Assembly (NCBI GenBank): GCA_030586555.1
Contig: JAURAC010000014.1
Location: 14,707-76,212, forward strand
From: Candidatus Subterrananammoxibius californiae
GTDB lineage: Bacteria; Planctomycetota; Brocadiia; Brocadiales; Subterrananammoxibiaceae
Direction of reading: 5' to 3'
Length of the DNA stretch: 61,506 nucleotides
Position numbers and translations under genes: made by a program. Within the stretch, counting starts at the first letter, position 1, and the number at the start of each line of letters is the position of its first letter. The notes under the pieces are model-generated. The model ran no database searches. It was given only the letters and a program-made list of their open reading frames with translations, and was not told the DNA's origin. Below, one piece after another: positions 35,921-46,155 of this stretch.

Positions 35921-37591
35921 TTACAGATTGCGGTTGGAGTTTTTTAGCATTTCTTTTGCCTGCTTGCGTGTGGTTTCTGTCTTCTCAGTTCCTTGTATCA
36001 TTTCTGCTATCTCCTCAAGCCTTGCGGAGCCGGAAACCTTTTCAACGATAGTATATGTTCCACCGTCCCTGATAATCTTTTGCACCTTAAGCTGGTGGTC
36101 AGCGCAACTGGCTATTTGTGGCAAGTGGGTGATGCATATAACCTGACGTGCACGGGCAATATCGTACAACTTTTCGCCAATTATCTTCCCCATCCTGCTG
36201 CCCACGTTTGCGTCAATTTCGTCAAAAACCAGTACGGGGGTGCGGTCTGCCTGCGCAAGCCTGTGCTTGAGGGCAAGCATAATCCTCGAGATTTCACCAC
36301 CTGAGGCAATCTTCCTTAGAGGTTTCATCTCCTCCCCAGGATTGGGGGATATCAAAAACTCTACTTTGTCATAGCCGTATGGTGTCATGTAATCTTCCTG
36401 GGGGAAATGGATGCCGAATCTTCCATGCGCCATGCCGAGTTCAGAAAGTTCAGTTTCAACCAATTTTGCCAGCCTTACGGCGGCTAAAGAGCGTGCCTCG
36501 CTGAGCCTCTTCCCGATACCCTCTAATTCAGTCAACAAAGACTGTAATTCGTTATCAATATTATTTAGTTCGTCACTTTCCTTGGAGAGTTCAGAAAGCT
36601 TCTTTTCTAATTCGTTGCGATAAGCTAAAATATCCTCGACTGTGCTGCCATACTTTGTTTTAAGCCTTTGTATGGCATAGAGACGGGCCTCAATTTGTTC
36701 AAGCCGCTGAGGGTTAAAATCAAAGCTATCTATATAATGGCTCAATCCAGAGGCGACCTCCTCGAGCTGATAAAGCGATTGTCTGCACGATTCCCATATC
36801 TTATTTATATTGTCATCTAAGTTAGTTGCGGACTGCATATCCCTTATAACAACCTTCAGCCTCTGGAGGATAGAATCTTCTGACTCATAAAGTGCATTAT
36901 AACTTGCGGAGACTATATTGTGAATCTTCTCTGCATTTATAAGGATTTTTCTTTCGCGCTCCAGTTCCTCTAATTCGCCCGGTTTAAGTTCCGCCTTGTC
37001 AATCTCAACAATCCGAAATTTAAAGAGTTCAATCTGCTGCCTTCGGCTTTCCTGAGCAGTTTTTAATGCTTCGCTTCGCCTTCTCTTTTCAGTCATATTT
37101 TGATGGAGTTCAGAGAATTGTCCTCGAAGCTCGCTCAGACCGCCAAATTCATCTAACAGGAAAAGTTGATTAGAGGTTTGAAGAAGGGATTCATGTTCAT
37201 GCTGGCCATGAATGTTTACGAGGATTTCCCCAATTTCTTTAAGCATCGTGACTGTAATTGGCTCTGAGTTAATCCTGCACCGGCTGCGTCCGGCCGTATC
37301 GAGCGTCCTTTGTAGCAGAATTTCCGAACCGATAGAAGCGCCGCATATTTTATTTATTTCTTTGGCGATAACGTCATTGTTTATTTGAAATAAGCCGCTA
37401 ACAGTAGTTTCTTTCTCGCCATTTTTAATTATCTCGGTTGTAGCTTTAGTGCCGAGAATAAAATCGAGTGCAGTAATGATGAGGGATTTCCCTGCACCTG
37501 TAGCACCACTGATAACGTTCAGCCCGGCGCCAAACCCTATCGTAACGTCGTCCATCAGGGCAAGGTTAGAAATATGAAGTTCGTGTAGCAT
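35921..37591 (-). CDS. recN: DNA repair protein RecN
   Basis: GATGAGKS, IHGQHE, ASGGEISR, FDEID, ITHLPQIA. Confidence 0.96.
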   Translation of the reverse strand: MLHELHISNLALMDDVTIGFGAGLNVISGATGAGKSLIITALDFILGTKATTEIIKNGEKETTVSGLFQINNDVIAKEINKICGASIGSEILLQRTLDTAGRSRCRINSEPITVTMLKEIGEILVNIHGQHEHESLLQTSNQLFLLDEFGGLSELRGQFSELHQNMTEKRRRSEALKTAQESRRQQIELFKFRIVEIDKAELKPGELEELERERKILINAEKIHNIVSASYNALYESEDSILQRLKVVIRDMQSATNLDDNINKIWESCRQSLYQLEEVASGLSHYIDSFDFNPQRLEQIEARLYAIQRLKTKYGSTVEDILAYRNELEKKLSELSKESDELNNIDNELQSLLTELEGIGKRLSEARSLAAVRLAKLVETELSELGMAHGRFGIHFPQEDYMTPYGYDKVEFLISPNPGEEMKPLRKIASGGEISRIMLALKHRLAQADRTPVLVFDEIDANVGSRMGKIIGEKLYDIARARQVICITHLPQIASCADHQLKVQKIIRDGGTYTIVEKVSGSARLEEIAEMIQGTEKTETTRKQAKEMLKNSNRNL

Positions 37592-37675
37592 TTTGAAAGA
37601 GGCAAAAGAAAAGGCAGAGGCAAAGGTAGAGGTAAAGAATCTTCTGCCTCTACCTTTACCTTTTCCCTTATCTTA

Positions 37676-38002
37676 TTACCGTATCTTAGCGCCAGGTTTT
37701 ACATCCTTTTCCGTTGTCAGAATAACAATCTTATCATCGTCCTGAGCGGCGAGGAGCATCCCCTGGCTTTCCACACCCCTTAAGACAGCAGGCGCAAGAT
37801 TATTAACAATAATAACCTTCTTGCCCACGAGTTCTTCTGGTTTGTAGTGATTCTTTATCCCAGCCACGAGCTGTCGTCCACTTACGCCATCCCCTGCATC
37901 AATCTTTAGCACGAGCAATTTATCGGCATTGGGGTGTGGCTCAACCGATTTTATCTCTGCAACCCGCAGGTCAACCTGCGCAAAATCCTCAATTGTAATC
38001 AT
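37676..38002 (-). CDS. Stand-alone tRNA-binding OB-fold protein (MetRS C-terminal domain/Trbp111-like)
   Basis: DLRVAEI, HPNADKLL, RQLVAGI, NL.PAVLRGVESQGMLLAA. Confidence 0.9.
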   Translation of the reverse strand: MITIEDFAQVDLRVAEIKSVEPHPNADKLLVLKIDAGDGVSGRQLVAGIKNHYKPEELVGKKVIIVNNLAPAVLRGVESQGMLLAAQDDDKIVILTTEKDVKPGAKIR

Positions 38003-38196
38003 AGTGAGCTAATTGTAACAAAAGTTGTTCAAGGTTGGCAAGGGGAAAAAGTATGGGGTCTTTGGTGCTATCCTGCAAAGAAAGAGTGTAAAGCGTAAAA
38101 AGCAAATCCGTCCAGATATTAGTTGACAAATAACGGGTTAGCAGTATAGTATATTAACGCTCGCAGCAAAGAAAGTTCATAGCAAAGAGGATATAT

Positions 38197-38514
38197 ATGA
38201 CACAAGACAAACCAAAGACAGGCATAGGACTTACGTTTCTTCTTGGTATGCTCATTTTATTTACGGCAAGCTTTGGCATTGTGCTGGCAAGAAGGAATGG
38301 CGTTATAGAAGGAGAGAGAAAAACCCTTATAGAAAAGGTTAACCAACTGGAAGAAAAGCTAAGGATCTTAACACATTCAAAAGAGGAACTGGAGGTCGTC
38401 CGTAGCAACCTCGTAGCAGAAATAGAGCGGTTGAAGCTTGCCCTTTCCTCCCAAAAAATGACGGACACGGAGCAACAAAGTAAAGAAGATGAGGGCACAG
38501 GGAATAGTAAATAA
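38197..38514 (+). CDS. Small membrane-anchored coiled-coil protein
   Basis: AGAGG RBS, one TM, heptad pattern; upstream TTGACA-N16-TATAGT (38123-38150). Confidence 0.7.
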   Translation: MTQDKPKTGIGLTFLLGMLILFTASFGIVLARRNGVIEGERKTLIEKVNQLEEKLRILTHSKEELEVVRSNLVAEIERLKLALSSQKMTDTEQQSKEDEGTGNSK

Positions 38515-38615
38515 ATCCCAAATTCCAATCACCAAATCCCAATCAATTACCAATTATTAAATTTCCTTAATTGGGATTTTGGATTTGGTCATTGGCTATT
38601 GCCTATTGGCTATTC
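38512..38615. repeat. Inverted heptamer tandem repeats (CCAAATC / GATTTGG type)
   Basis: Tandem 7-mers followed by their reverse complements. Confidence 0.7.
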
Positions 38616-38746
38616 CCATGATTTTGATTGCTTTTAATCACACTTCATGCTATATTAACATTATCTAAACTAACATCTTATGTAAAATTTGCAAACCTAT
38701 CCTTCGCTACGTTTAAGGATAAGTTTTTAACAGGTGGTGATGAGTT

Positions 38747-39937
38747 ATGGTTGACGAGCTTGCTTATGTATTAATAACACCTTATAGCCTGCTCAAGAGC
38801 AGAACGGGTGGAATAATCGGGCGATTGCTTTCCCTGTCAGATTTGGACCTTGTGGGGGCAAGGATGTATGCCCCTGGTGATGAATTTATAGATAAATATT
38901 GTGCCACAATTGAGGAACAGGACATCAAACCCAAATGGAAGACAGCCCTCATCAATTACATTAATGACCACTTCCGCAGGGTGAACCGATTTGGCATATC
39001 CAATCGCACCATACTCCTTCTTTTCAAAGGGCCTGATGCCGTCAAAAAGCTGTCACAGGATGTAATTGGCCATGTATCCAGTCAGCTCAAGGGGGACACG
39101 GTAAGAGGCACTTTTGGTGATTTTATCGAGCACGAGAACGGCACTATTGAATATTTCGAGCCAGCCGTGCTTACTGCCACAGATTCAACAACAAACAACA
39201 AACAATTAGCCCTGCTTGCAGAGTATGCCCGTAGCGACGGCGGAATTCTTGATAATATCATCAAGTTTCCAGAAGGGTCAAGGCCAGAGATAACCCTTGT
39301 AATCCTTAAGCCTGATAACTTTAAGAAACACAGCGCACGGCCGGGCAATATTATAGACGTATTTTCAAGGGGTGGGCTGTACATTGTCGCCGCAAAGATT
39401 TTCTTTATGTCCATCGCAGAGGCAGAGGAATTTTATGGGCCTGTACGGGAGATGTTTGTAGAGAAACTGAAGCCGTTTGTTGCAAAAAAACTTAGAGAAG
39501 CATTTGAATCTACCTTCTCCTTCACCGTTCAAGAAGGTACAGTCCAGCGCATTGCCGATGAATTAAAGAAGTTAAATGCAGAAACAGAGTTTAATGCCAT
39601 TGTCCGTTATATGACAGGTTTAGACCCCTCACGTGTTACCAACCCCATCGAGAAAAAGAAACCCGGAACAGAAATATCGCTTGCACTGCTTTATCAGGGC
39701 GTTGACGCCGTACAAAAGATTAGAAATATACTTGGCGCTACTGACCCGCAAAAGGCAGCGGACGCCACAGTACGCAGCATTTATGGCCGTGGTCTTATGG
39801 AGAACGCAGCCCATGCATCAGATTCTATCAAGAGCGCAGAAAGAGAACGAAAGATTATAGGTCTTTGGAGTAATAAGGAACCCTGTGAGGTTAAGGAGAT
39901 AATAGAAAAATATCTGGAGGCAGGCGTTCCTGTATGA
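38747..39937 (+). CDS. ndk: Tandem-domain nucleoside diphosphate kinase
   Basis: TLVILKPD, GATDP, TVRSIYG, NAAHASDS in the C-domain; NDK-like N-domain (TVRGTFG). Confidence 0.8.
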   Translation: MVDELAYVLITPYSLLKSRTGGIIGRLLSLSDLDLVGARMYAPGDEFIDKYCATIEEQDIKPKWKTALINYINDHFRRVNRFGISNRTILLLFKGPDAVKKLSQDVIGHVSSQLKGDTVRGTFGDFIEHENGTIEYFEPAVLTATDSTTNNKQLALLAEYARSDGGILDNIIKFPEGSRPEITLVILKPDNFKKHSARPGNIIDVFSRGGLYIVAAKIFFMSIAEAEEFYGPVREMFVEKLKPFVAKKLREAFESTFSFTVQEGTVQRIADELKKLNAETEFNAIVRYMTGLDPSRVTNPIEKKKPGTEISLALLYQGVDAVQKIRNILGATDPQKAADATVRSIYGRGLMENAAHASDSIKSAERERKIIGLWSNKEPCEVKEIIEKYLEAGVPV

Positions 39938-40593
39938 AGATAAAAACCCTTAACGTTGGACCCCTCCAGTGTTGTTGCTATGTAGTCTTTAATGAACAAT
40001 CACGTGAGGCTATTATCATAGACCCGGGTGGGGATGCTGAAGTAGTAATAGATTTCATTAAAAAGAGCAAACTCAAACCACTACTGCTTATAAATACTCA
40101 TGGTCATGGTGACCATATAGGGGCTAACCTTGAGCTAAAAGAAGCCTTTCCAGAAATAAAAATCTGTATTCATACCGATGACGAGCCAATGCTCACACAC
40201 CCATCAAAAAACCTCTCGTTCCTTGGAGGGGTACTTTATAAATCCCCACCAGCAGAATGCGTCCTAAGGCATGGCGATACTGTTGGCGTAGATGGCTGTA
40301 GGTTTAAGGTTTTACATACCCCCGGTCATACCCCTGGAGGAATATGCCTGTTGAGTACATCAACTAATGGTTGTCAAGGAGCGGTGCTTTTTTCTGGCGA
40401 TACACTATTTGCCCAAGGCGTTGGACGAACCGATTTGCCAGGTGGAAGCTATGAGGCGCTAATGGAATCCATAAGGGATAACATTCTTACGCTCGATGAT
40501 AATACCGTAGTATACCCTGGTCACGGTCCCTCCACCACCGTAGCAGAAGAAAAGGCAAACAACCCCTTCATCCAGGCGTTTGTAAACGAGTAG
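39934..40593 (+). CDS. MBL-fold metallohydrolase (glyoxalase II-like)
   Basis: THGHGDH, HTPGHTPG, GDTLF, PGHG. Confidence 0.93.
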   Translation: MKIKTLNVGPLQCCCYVVFNEQSREAIIIDPGGDAEVVIDFIKKSKLKPLLLINTHGHGDHIGANLELKEAFPEIKICIHTDDEPMLTHPSKNLSFLGGVLYKSPPAECVLRHGDTVGVDGCRFKVLHTPGHTPGGICLLSTSTNGCQGAVLFSGDTLFAQGVGRTDLPGGSYEALMESIRDNILTLDDNTVVYPGHGPSTTVAEEKANNPFIQAFVNE

Positions 40594-40852
40594 TTATATC
40601 TTTATTAATAAGAAAGGGGGTGATAAATGTTAGGGAAACTTTTGTAACCCCTCCCGTATTTTGTGCGGACAAGCAGTCTGGAGCAGGAATGCTTGTCAAA
40701 CCAATAGCTATAATAGATATTCTGACCTAAGTCGAGGTGGCTACCGGGGAGGTAAAAAATTAGGCTATGGGGAAGAAGATTTCCCCTATACGGATAGGCT
40801 TTGCTCCAAGCCGAAAACCACCGTTAAATCCCATAATTAAGAAATGTTTTAG

Positions 40853-41170
40853 ATGAAAGAAGATTTAGAGTATCTAAGAAAATTTCCAAAAGACCGTAAC
40901 GGGCTGTATATTGTATATGAACTTTATACTTTTGATAATCTCTTTCGATTGTTTTTGAAAAACAGTTTTGACCATAAGGAAGCCCTATACTTTATTCTTT
41001 TTAATTGTTCATTGAGTGCCTTTGTATTCCAAGAGAGGATTCATAATAAGGGATATAGAAAACTTTCGGCTAAGGATGCATTGCCTCCTGATTTAGCCGC
41101 TTGCAAAGCACAATTAATTTATGATTTGATGAGCATGAATAATATGCACAAAGAACACAACCAAAAGTAG
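40853..41170 (+). CDS. Hypothetical AT-rich protein
   Basis: 105-aa ORF with protein-like composition in an otherwise non-coding gap. Confidence 0.6.
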   Translation: MKEDLEYLRKFPKDRNGLYIVYELYTFDNLFRLFLKNSFDHKEALYFILFNCSLSAFVFQERIHNKGYRKLSAKDALPPDLAACKAQLIYDLMSMNNMHKEHNQK

Positions 41171-41214
41171 GCAAAAGATTGACGATGGGATTGAAGTGGA
41201 TTATGGAGAAATTT

Positions 41215-41302
41215 GGTAGACAACGGACTTTACGTCCGTTGAAATTAACGATGATAAACATCGTTGCCTATTACTCGTTCCCACGCAGAGCGTGGGAACG
41301 AG
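41215..41302. repeat. GGTAGACAACG element followed by CTCGTTCCCACGC-AGA-GCGTGGGAACGAG palindrome
   Basis: 41215-41272 and 41274-41302; the second family also occurs near 55931-55957. Confidence 0.8.
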
Positions 41303-41312
41303 ATAAAAGGTA

Positions 41313-41915
41313 TCATAGAGCACTTTTGGCTGGCCTACGACTGAATTCCTTAATCTTCCGGGCTAAATTTTCGGCTTCTTCTTTTCCCAGGATTTGCTCT
41401 GCCAAATCGCTGGCAATCTCTGATGCTTGGTCAGCTGTTACGCCCCTCATCATTGAGATTTTCCATTGACCCTCTTCTACTATCAGTTCGAAGAAGCCTA
41501 CTTTCTCCCTCATGGGTAGCGTACCATAGTCAAAAAGGTATTTTATTTCATCCGCTTTGTTGGTTATCTTGAGTGTTTCTTCCATATCAGGAACCATAGA
41601 GTAGATTTCTACCACAGCACTATCACCTTCCACCGTTGTCTTTATTATCTGCTGTTTGCTTGCAGAGTGAGCAAGGTTAATTAGCTCTACAAGCTGTGGC
41701 GGTGCTATCTGTTTTATGTATCGTAACAGCTCCAGCCATTCAATAATCGTAGTATCGGATTTGGAAATAAAGGTGTAAGCCTTTTCGTAGTCATTGGCTC
41801 TGACTGCGGTAAGGTATTTTCCCACTACGGTATCAGGAGCGTCTTGGGAAGATGCAGTACGAGTGGTAAATACCATAATGACCACAAGCGATAAAATGGC
41901 AATTATTCTATGCAT
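41313..41915 (-). CDS. Exported hypothetical protein (NTF2/DUF4878-like)
   Basis: AAGGAGG RBS before ATG 41915; signal peptide; P..VV..YL.A....DY.KAY and EEGQWKI patterns. Confidence 0.75.
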   Translation of the reverse strand: MHRIIAILSLVVIMVFTTRTASSQDAPDTVVGKYLTAVRANDYEKAYTFISKSDTTIIEWLELLRYIKQIAPPQLVELINLAHSASKQQIIKTTVEGDSAVVEIYSMVPDMEETLKITNKADEIKYLFDYGTLPMREKVGFFELIVEEGQWKISMMRGVTADQASEIASDLAEQILGKEEAENLARKIKEFSRRPAKSAL

Positions 41916-42196
41916 GGTTTTTACCTCCTTAAGTAGGGGTTGGGGTTCCCTGCCTTTTATAAAATCTGCCAAGTTTACCTATAAATGTCTTAGCAGCTTT
42001 TATGGCTTCTTCAGCTATGTCTGCATTAGAAAGGAGGGAATGCCTCTACGATACCCTACTATAATAATAGCGTTTCTTTAAGAATTGTTCAAGTATCGAA
42101 GTGCTTCTTTCGTTATCATTCCCCTTATTGCCATTCTTCTCTTTGAGGATGTGTGGGGTGGTAAGGCAAATAAAATCTCATTATTTGCCAGTGTCA

Positions 42197-44497
42197 TTAA
42201 TTGGTTGCAGGACTTTCCGTTGTCTCGACCCCCATAAGCTTGTCTATGTCTTCAGCCTTTACAATGTAGATAAAGTCTGATTGCGTGTTCTTTGCATAGT
42301 ATGTATTATCACTGGCCTTTTTCCCGACATGTAATACGTATTCCTTATCTTCAAGACCAACAGATGCCTTAAACCATGGGTTGTCGAGACCGAATTGGGC
42401 AAGGTCGTTGGTGGAATAACATTCTATTGCCTCAGCCCTTAGATTTTCAAGGGTATAGGTGAGAACCTCCACCTCTCGGCGGTCTACGTCCCTGCTTTCA
42501 GGCTTTACCATTTCCCACGTTTCTCGCTTGAATTCGTATGACACCTCTTTATCGTTGTAAGTAAGGCATACAACCTTTGCAAGCGCTTTATCAAATGGCA
42601 GAAGCCGTGTCGGCGCCAATTCTGCTTCAAAGTCTTTCAATTCAGTCCAGCCAATTTCAAATACAAGGTCGCCGCCTTCAAGCATTGCGTAGGAGTTTGC
42701 ATTCTCATCTTGTTTGACCTTTTTACCAATCAGTAAGGTCTTTGTTACTGGTGGACCTTCGGCAGTTTTTGGTTTTAGGTATATATCACCTTCCGTGTCC
42801 TTTTTTCTTTCAGCGGCAGTTTCCTCGACAGTTTCTTTGTAGGAAACGGTAACTTTCATTGTGGGGTTATCCAGCCCAAATTCACTCAGATTTTCTGGTG
42901 ATTGAGTAACATAACTTTCTGCCTTAAAAAACGCAAGACCCCAGATAATATTATTCACGGGTATCATATCAGCCGCTGTCTTAACAGGTTCGATGAGCAT
43001 CCATTTAGCCGGGTCGTCTTTACTTTTTTCACAAACAAAGGTTCTATCTTTTTTCTCTATAGTAAGCCGTTCTGCATTTTCTTTTTCATATTCAATTATA
43101 AGCCTGTCACGAAGGGCAAGAAGCGGGTTGCTGACCCTGTCATAAAAATCATCCGTTTTGACCATAAAGACGGAGTTCTCACCACTGCGCCTGATATAAC
43201 AAAGTTTACCCTTTTCATCCTTTTTGCCAACCTGGATGTGAACAAGCGACTCGCCACCCTCTTTAAAAATTTCAACATCAGCTACAGGTATATCAAGACC
43301 CCATCCGCCTAAGGCGGATGTATCCTCCTGATTATCAGCAACGAAGTTTTGTATTTCCATACCTTGCATGGCGTTAATTAAGCCTTTAAGAGAGTCCGTA
43401 TCTGCAAGCATTCCATTCGCCTCAGGTGGACTGATAAACTGCCAATCATATTCCTTCGTCTTTTCAGTCGTAACAGTAGTTTCACCTAATTTCAGGTTAA
43501 GCTTTTTGACGTGAAGCGGTTCAAACCTGCACACCTTCCTATCCCGTATGTCATTTGGTTTCTTGGACAGGTCTGCAAGTACGGTTTCGGTAATCATAAA
43601 TATGGACGGCGCATCCTTGTGTTTCGTGTAAACCTTATTATCTAAGGAATGACCAAAGATGACCGTTTCTGCTACTCCCTTTTGCTCTATTGCAACGGTA
43701 ATTTTCGGCGTATCAAACCCATATTTTGTAAGATTGCTGTCGTCCTCGGTAACAAAGTCATTTTTATCTATCTTCAGGTTTTTTAATTTGTTAATTATCT
43801 CTACAACCATTTCGTTATCGCATAGGTCAGATACAGGTTTTGTAAGATGCCAGTTATTTTCCTTTCTGACGCACGAAATCGCCTCACCAGAAGCGTATTG
43901 TAATTCAATCTTTTCAACTGCCTCGGTTTCTATATCTAAAACCTTCTTGGTTCGGAGGTCGCTAACGCTTTTTCCGAATTTATCAAGTATTGTCCCCGGG
44001 ACAAGCAACATTTCATTACCGCCTTCGAGCCTTATATAGGCTTCGTCACCGCCGGCTCTCTTTGACCCCACATAGATGGTATGTTCTTTCTTTCCTTGCT
44101 CAGCCTTTGTTGGTTCCGTAGCTCCCGTCCATAAAGAAGCCACAAAGACAGGTTCCTCAAGCCCGTAAGACTTAAGGTCTGAAGTATCTTTAATACTGCT
44201 TATCTTTTTCATGTATTGGAATTCGGAGAGAATGCTGTTTACCTCTGCTTTATCTGCTTTGACGTTGATTGGTTTTTGCAACGTCCAGGTATCTTTATCG
44301 GTCTTTTCGAGCAGGGTAACGAGGTCGCCCTTTTTTATTTCAATCCTGTTGACCCTGTCAGGATTGAAGTCTGGAAAGACCATGCCTGCCCTTTGCACAA
44401 TCTGGTCGGTTGTGAACTGTTTTCTTTCATACAGAAATACGTAAGCAAAGCCGATTACTGCAACTATAAGTAGAATTATTGTTGTCTTTAGTTTCAT
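42197..44497 (-). CDS. DUF4340-repeat protein (Gld-like ABC accessory)
   Basis: N-terminal TM; repeated L..YGL..P modules; downstream of gldG-like gene. Confidence 0.85.
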   Translation of the reverse strand: MKLKTTIILLIVAVIGFAYVFLYERKQFTTDQIVQRAGMVFPDFNPDRVNRIEIKKGDLVTLLEKTDKDTWTLQKPINVKADKAEVNSILSEFQYMKKISSIKDTSDLKSYGLEEPVFVASLWTGATEPTKAEQGKKEHTIYVGSKRAGGDEAYIRLEGGNEMLLVPGTILDKFGKSVSDLRTKKVLDIETEAVEKIELQYASGEAISCVRKENNWHLTKPVSDLCDNEMVVEIINKLKNLKIDKNDFVTEDDSNLTKYGFDTPKITVAIEQKGVAETVIFGHSLDNKVYTKHKDAPSIFMITETVLADLSKKPNDIRDRKVCRFEPLHVKKLNLKLGETTVTTEKTKEYDWQFISPPEANGMLADTDSLKGLINAMQGMEIQNFVADNQEDTSALGGWGLDIPVADVEIFKEGGESLVHIQVGKKDEKGKLCYIRRSGENSVFMVKTDDFYDRVSNPLLALRDRLIIEYEKENAERLTIEKKDRTFVCEKSKDDPAKWMLIEPVKTAADMIPVNNIIWGLAFFKAESYVTQSPENLSEFGLDNPTMKVTVSYKETVEETAAERKKDTEGDIYLKPKTAEGPPVTKTLLIGKKVKQDENANSYAMLEGGDLVFEIGWTELKDFEAELAPTRLLPFDKALAKVVCLTYNDKEVSYEFKRETWEMVKPESRDVDRREVEVLTYTLENLRAEAIECYSTNDLAQFGLDNPWFKASVGLEDKEYVLHVGKKASDNTYYAKNTQSDFIYIVKAEDIDKLMGVETTESPATN

Positions 44498-44589
44498 ATT
44501 TTGATTTTACTCCACACTTAAATAATGAAAGTTAGGAAGTTACGAAGTTCAGAAGTTCCTAAGTTCCCAAGTTCTAAAGTTCCTAAGTT

Positions 44590-46155
44590 CTATCTTCTAC
44601 GTTCCCACCAAACAATACCGCCTACGGCGATGCCAATGAACGGGATAGCGAAAACCGTTAACCAGAATATCACCCTCATTTGTATTGGTTTGATTACAGC
44701 CTGACGGACATCCTGTGGTTTTGCTGATATGCCGAGTTGGGTTTCCTTTTGTGCAAGCCATGTAATGGAATTTAAAAAGATATCGAGATTGCCGGGATAA
44801 TTGCCTGTATAGTCGTTTGTTGCAAAGTCTGCATCGCCAAAGACCACAAGTCTTGGCCCTTTTGCCGACGCAGTTCCTGGTTCAGGCGCTGGCGCTCCAT
44901 GAGCAATTGAAGCGGCAACTTCAGCATCTGCGGGTTCGACGGCTACGATAAGATTTAAAGGTGGTTGTACGTCAACCTCTCTATCATTTTCTGGCTTTTT
45001 CCCGCTTTCGACAAGTGTTTCTCCCCATGCTTGGTCTGGTGCCTGCGCAAGTTTCCATACATTGAACCCCTGTTTAACATCCTGCGTGCCGGAGATGTTC
45101 ACTGGTATTGCGCCAAAAAATACCGTAGTAAGATTTGTCATGTCCTTTGTGATTTTATGTTCTTGATATTGGTCTTTGCTCACATAGACTTCGGCAGCTG
45201 TCTGTACGCCGAAAAGAGGCATGTCCACCTTGTTGTAGATGACTGCGTCATCCCTGATTTCTACATTATAATTCTTTAGCAATTCCTTTAAGCCTGATGG
45301 TTTATTTCGCCCGAGGGCTGGCTCGAGCATTACAAGCAACTTGCCGTCCCCGTCAAGATAGTTGCGGATAATGTTTACCTCCTCTGTTGAAAAGCCCTTT
45401 GTGGGACTGGCTATAACGAGGATGTCGCAGCCATCTGGAATCTCCTTTTTAGACAGGAGGTCCAAAGGAACCACCTTATAATTATCCCGTTTTAATGCGT
45501 TTGCAATATCAGAGAGTCCCTCTGGATTAAAATCTTCTACTGACCGCTCACCGTGTCCTGTTGTAAAGAAGATGCCTGTTTGTTTTTCCTGAGAAACTGC
45601 AAGAATGGCGGCAGTAAATACCTCTTCGCCTTTAAAATTGAATGGGAATTTCCTTTCGATGAGTTCATTTATATCTGCGTGCTTGCTCCTATCTTCGCAT
45701 TCAAAGATGACAGAATTCAATGCGATTTGCTCTATATTAATGCGCTTGGCAAGCTGTTCGACCTTTGTGCGTTCGCGAATGGGGTCTATGTGGTCAATAT
45801 TTAATTTATCAGATTGATAGGCATATTCAGCAAGGATGTCGCTGACCTGCTCAAACAAATCCGCTGTAAAACGGTCTCCCCTGTTAAATAATGTGCTGAC
45901 TATAATAGGCTTTTCCAGACCCTTGAGGAGGTTCTTTGTTTTACTTGTTAGACTGAACCTGCCTGAGGCGGTACAGTCAAAACGGTGGTAATGTCTGCTA
46001 TTGATATAGCCGACTATGACGCAAACAGCTATTGCGATGATTATCATAATCGCAACGTTGGCTCCAATAACGGTTCTTCTGCCGAAACGTGAACCAGGTT
46101 TATATGCAGTTGAAGAAGTTCCAGACAAGATTTTACCTCCACTTTCTACTTTCAA
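44590..46155 (-). CDS. GldG-like ABC transporter auxiliary component
   Basis: FTTGHGE, LVVFGDADF, N- and C-terminal TM. Confidence 0.88.
   Translation of the reverse strand: MKVESGGKILSGTSSTAYKPGSRFGRRTVIGANVAIMIIIAIAVCVIVGYINSRHYHRFDCTASGRFSLTSKTKNLLKGLEKPIIVSTLFNRGDRFTADLFEQVSDILAEYAYQSDKLNIDHIDPIRERTKVEQLAKRINIEQIALNSVIFECEDRSKHADINELIERKFPFNFKGEEVFTAAILAVSQEKQTGIFFTTGHGERSVEDFNPEGLSDIANALKRDNYKVVPLDLLSKKEIPDGCDILVIASPTKGFSTEEVNIIRNYLDGDGKLLVMLEPALGRNKPSGLKELLKNYNVEIRDDAVIYNKVDMPLFGVQTAAEVYVSKDQYQEHKITKDMTNLTTVFFGAIPVNISGTQDVKQGFNVWKLAQAPDQAWGETLVESGKKPENDREVDVQPPLNLIVAVEPADAEVAASIAHGAPAPEPGTASAKGPRLVVFGDADFATNDYTGNYPGNLDIFLNSITWLAQKETQLGISAKPQDVRQAVIKPIQMRVIFWLTVFAIPFIGIAVGGIVWWERRR

Noticed and set aside
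36295..36310. CCTGAGG micro-palindrome in recN
   Set aside because: Encodes the conserved ASGGE signature, so it is not evidence of insertion
38512..38615. CRISPR array (here or at any repeat cluster)
   Set aside because: Units are 6-8 bp or dispersed; no repeat-spacer periodicity and no cas genes
40721..40822. Hammerhead ribozyme or Moco riboswitch assignment
   Set aside because: No CUGANGA core; Moco-like sub-motifs are not in the expected order; kept only as an unassigned RNA candidate
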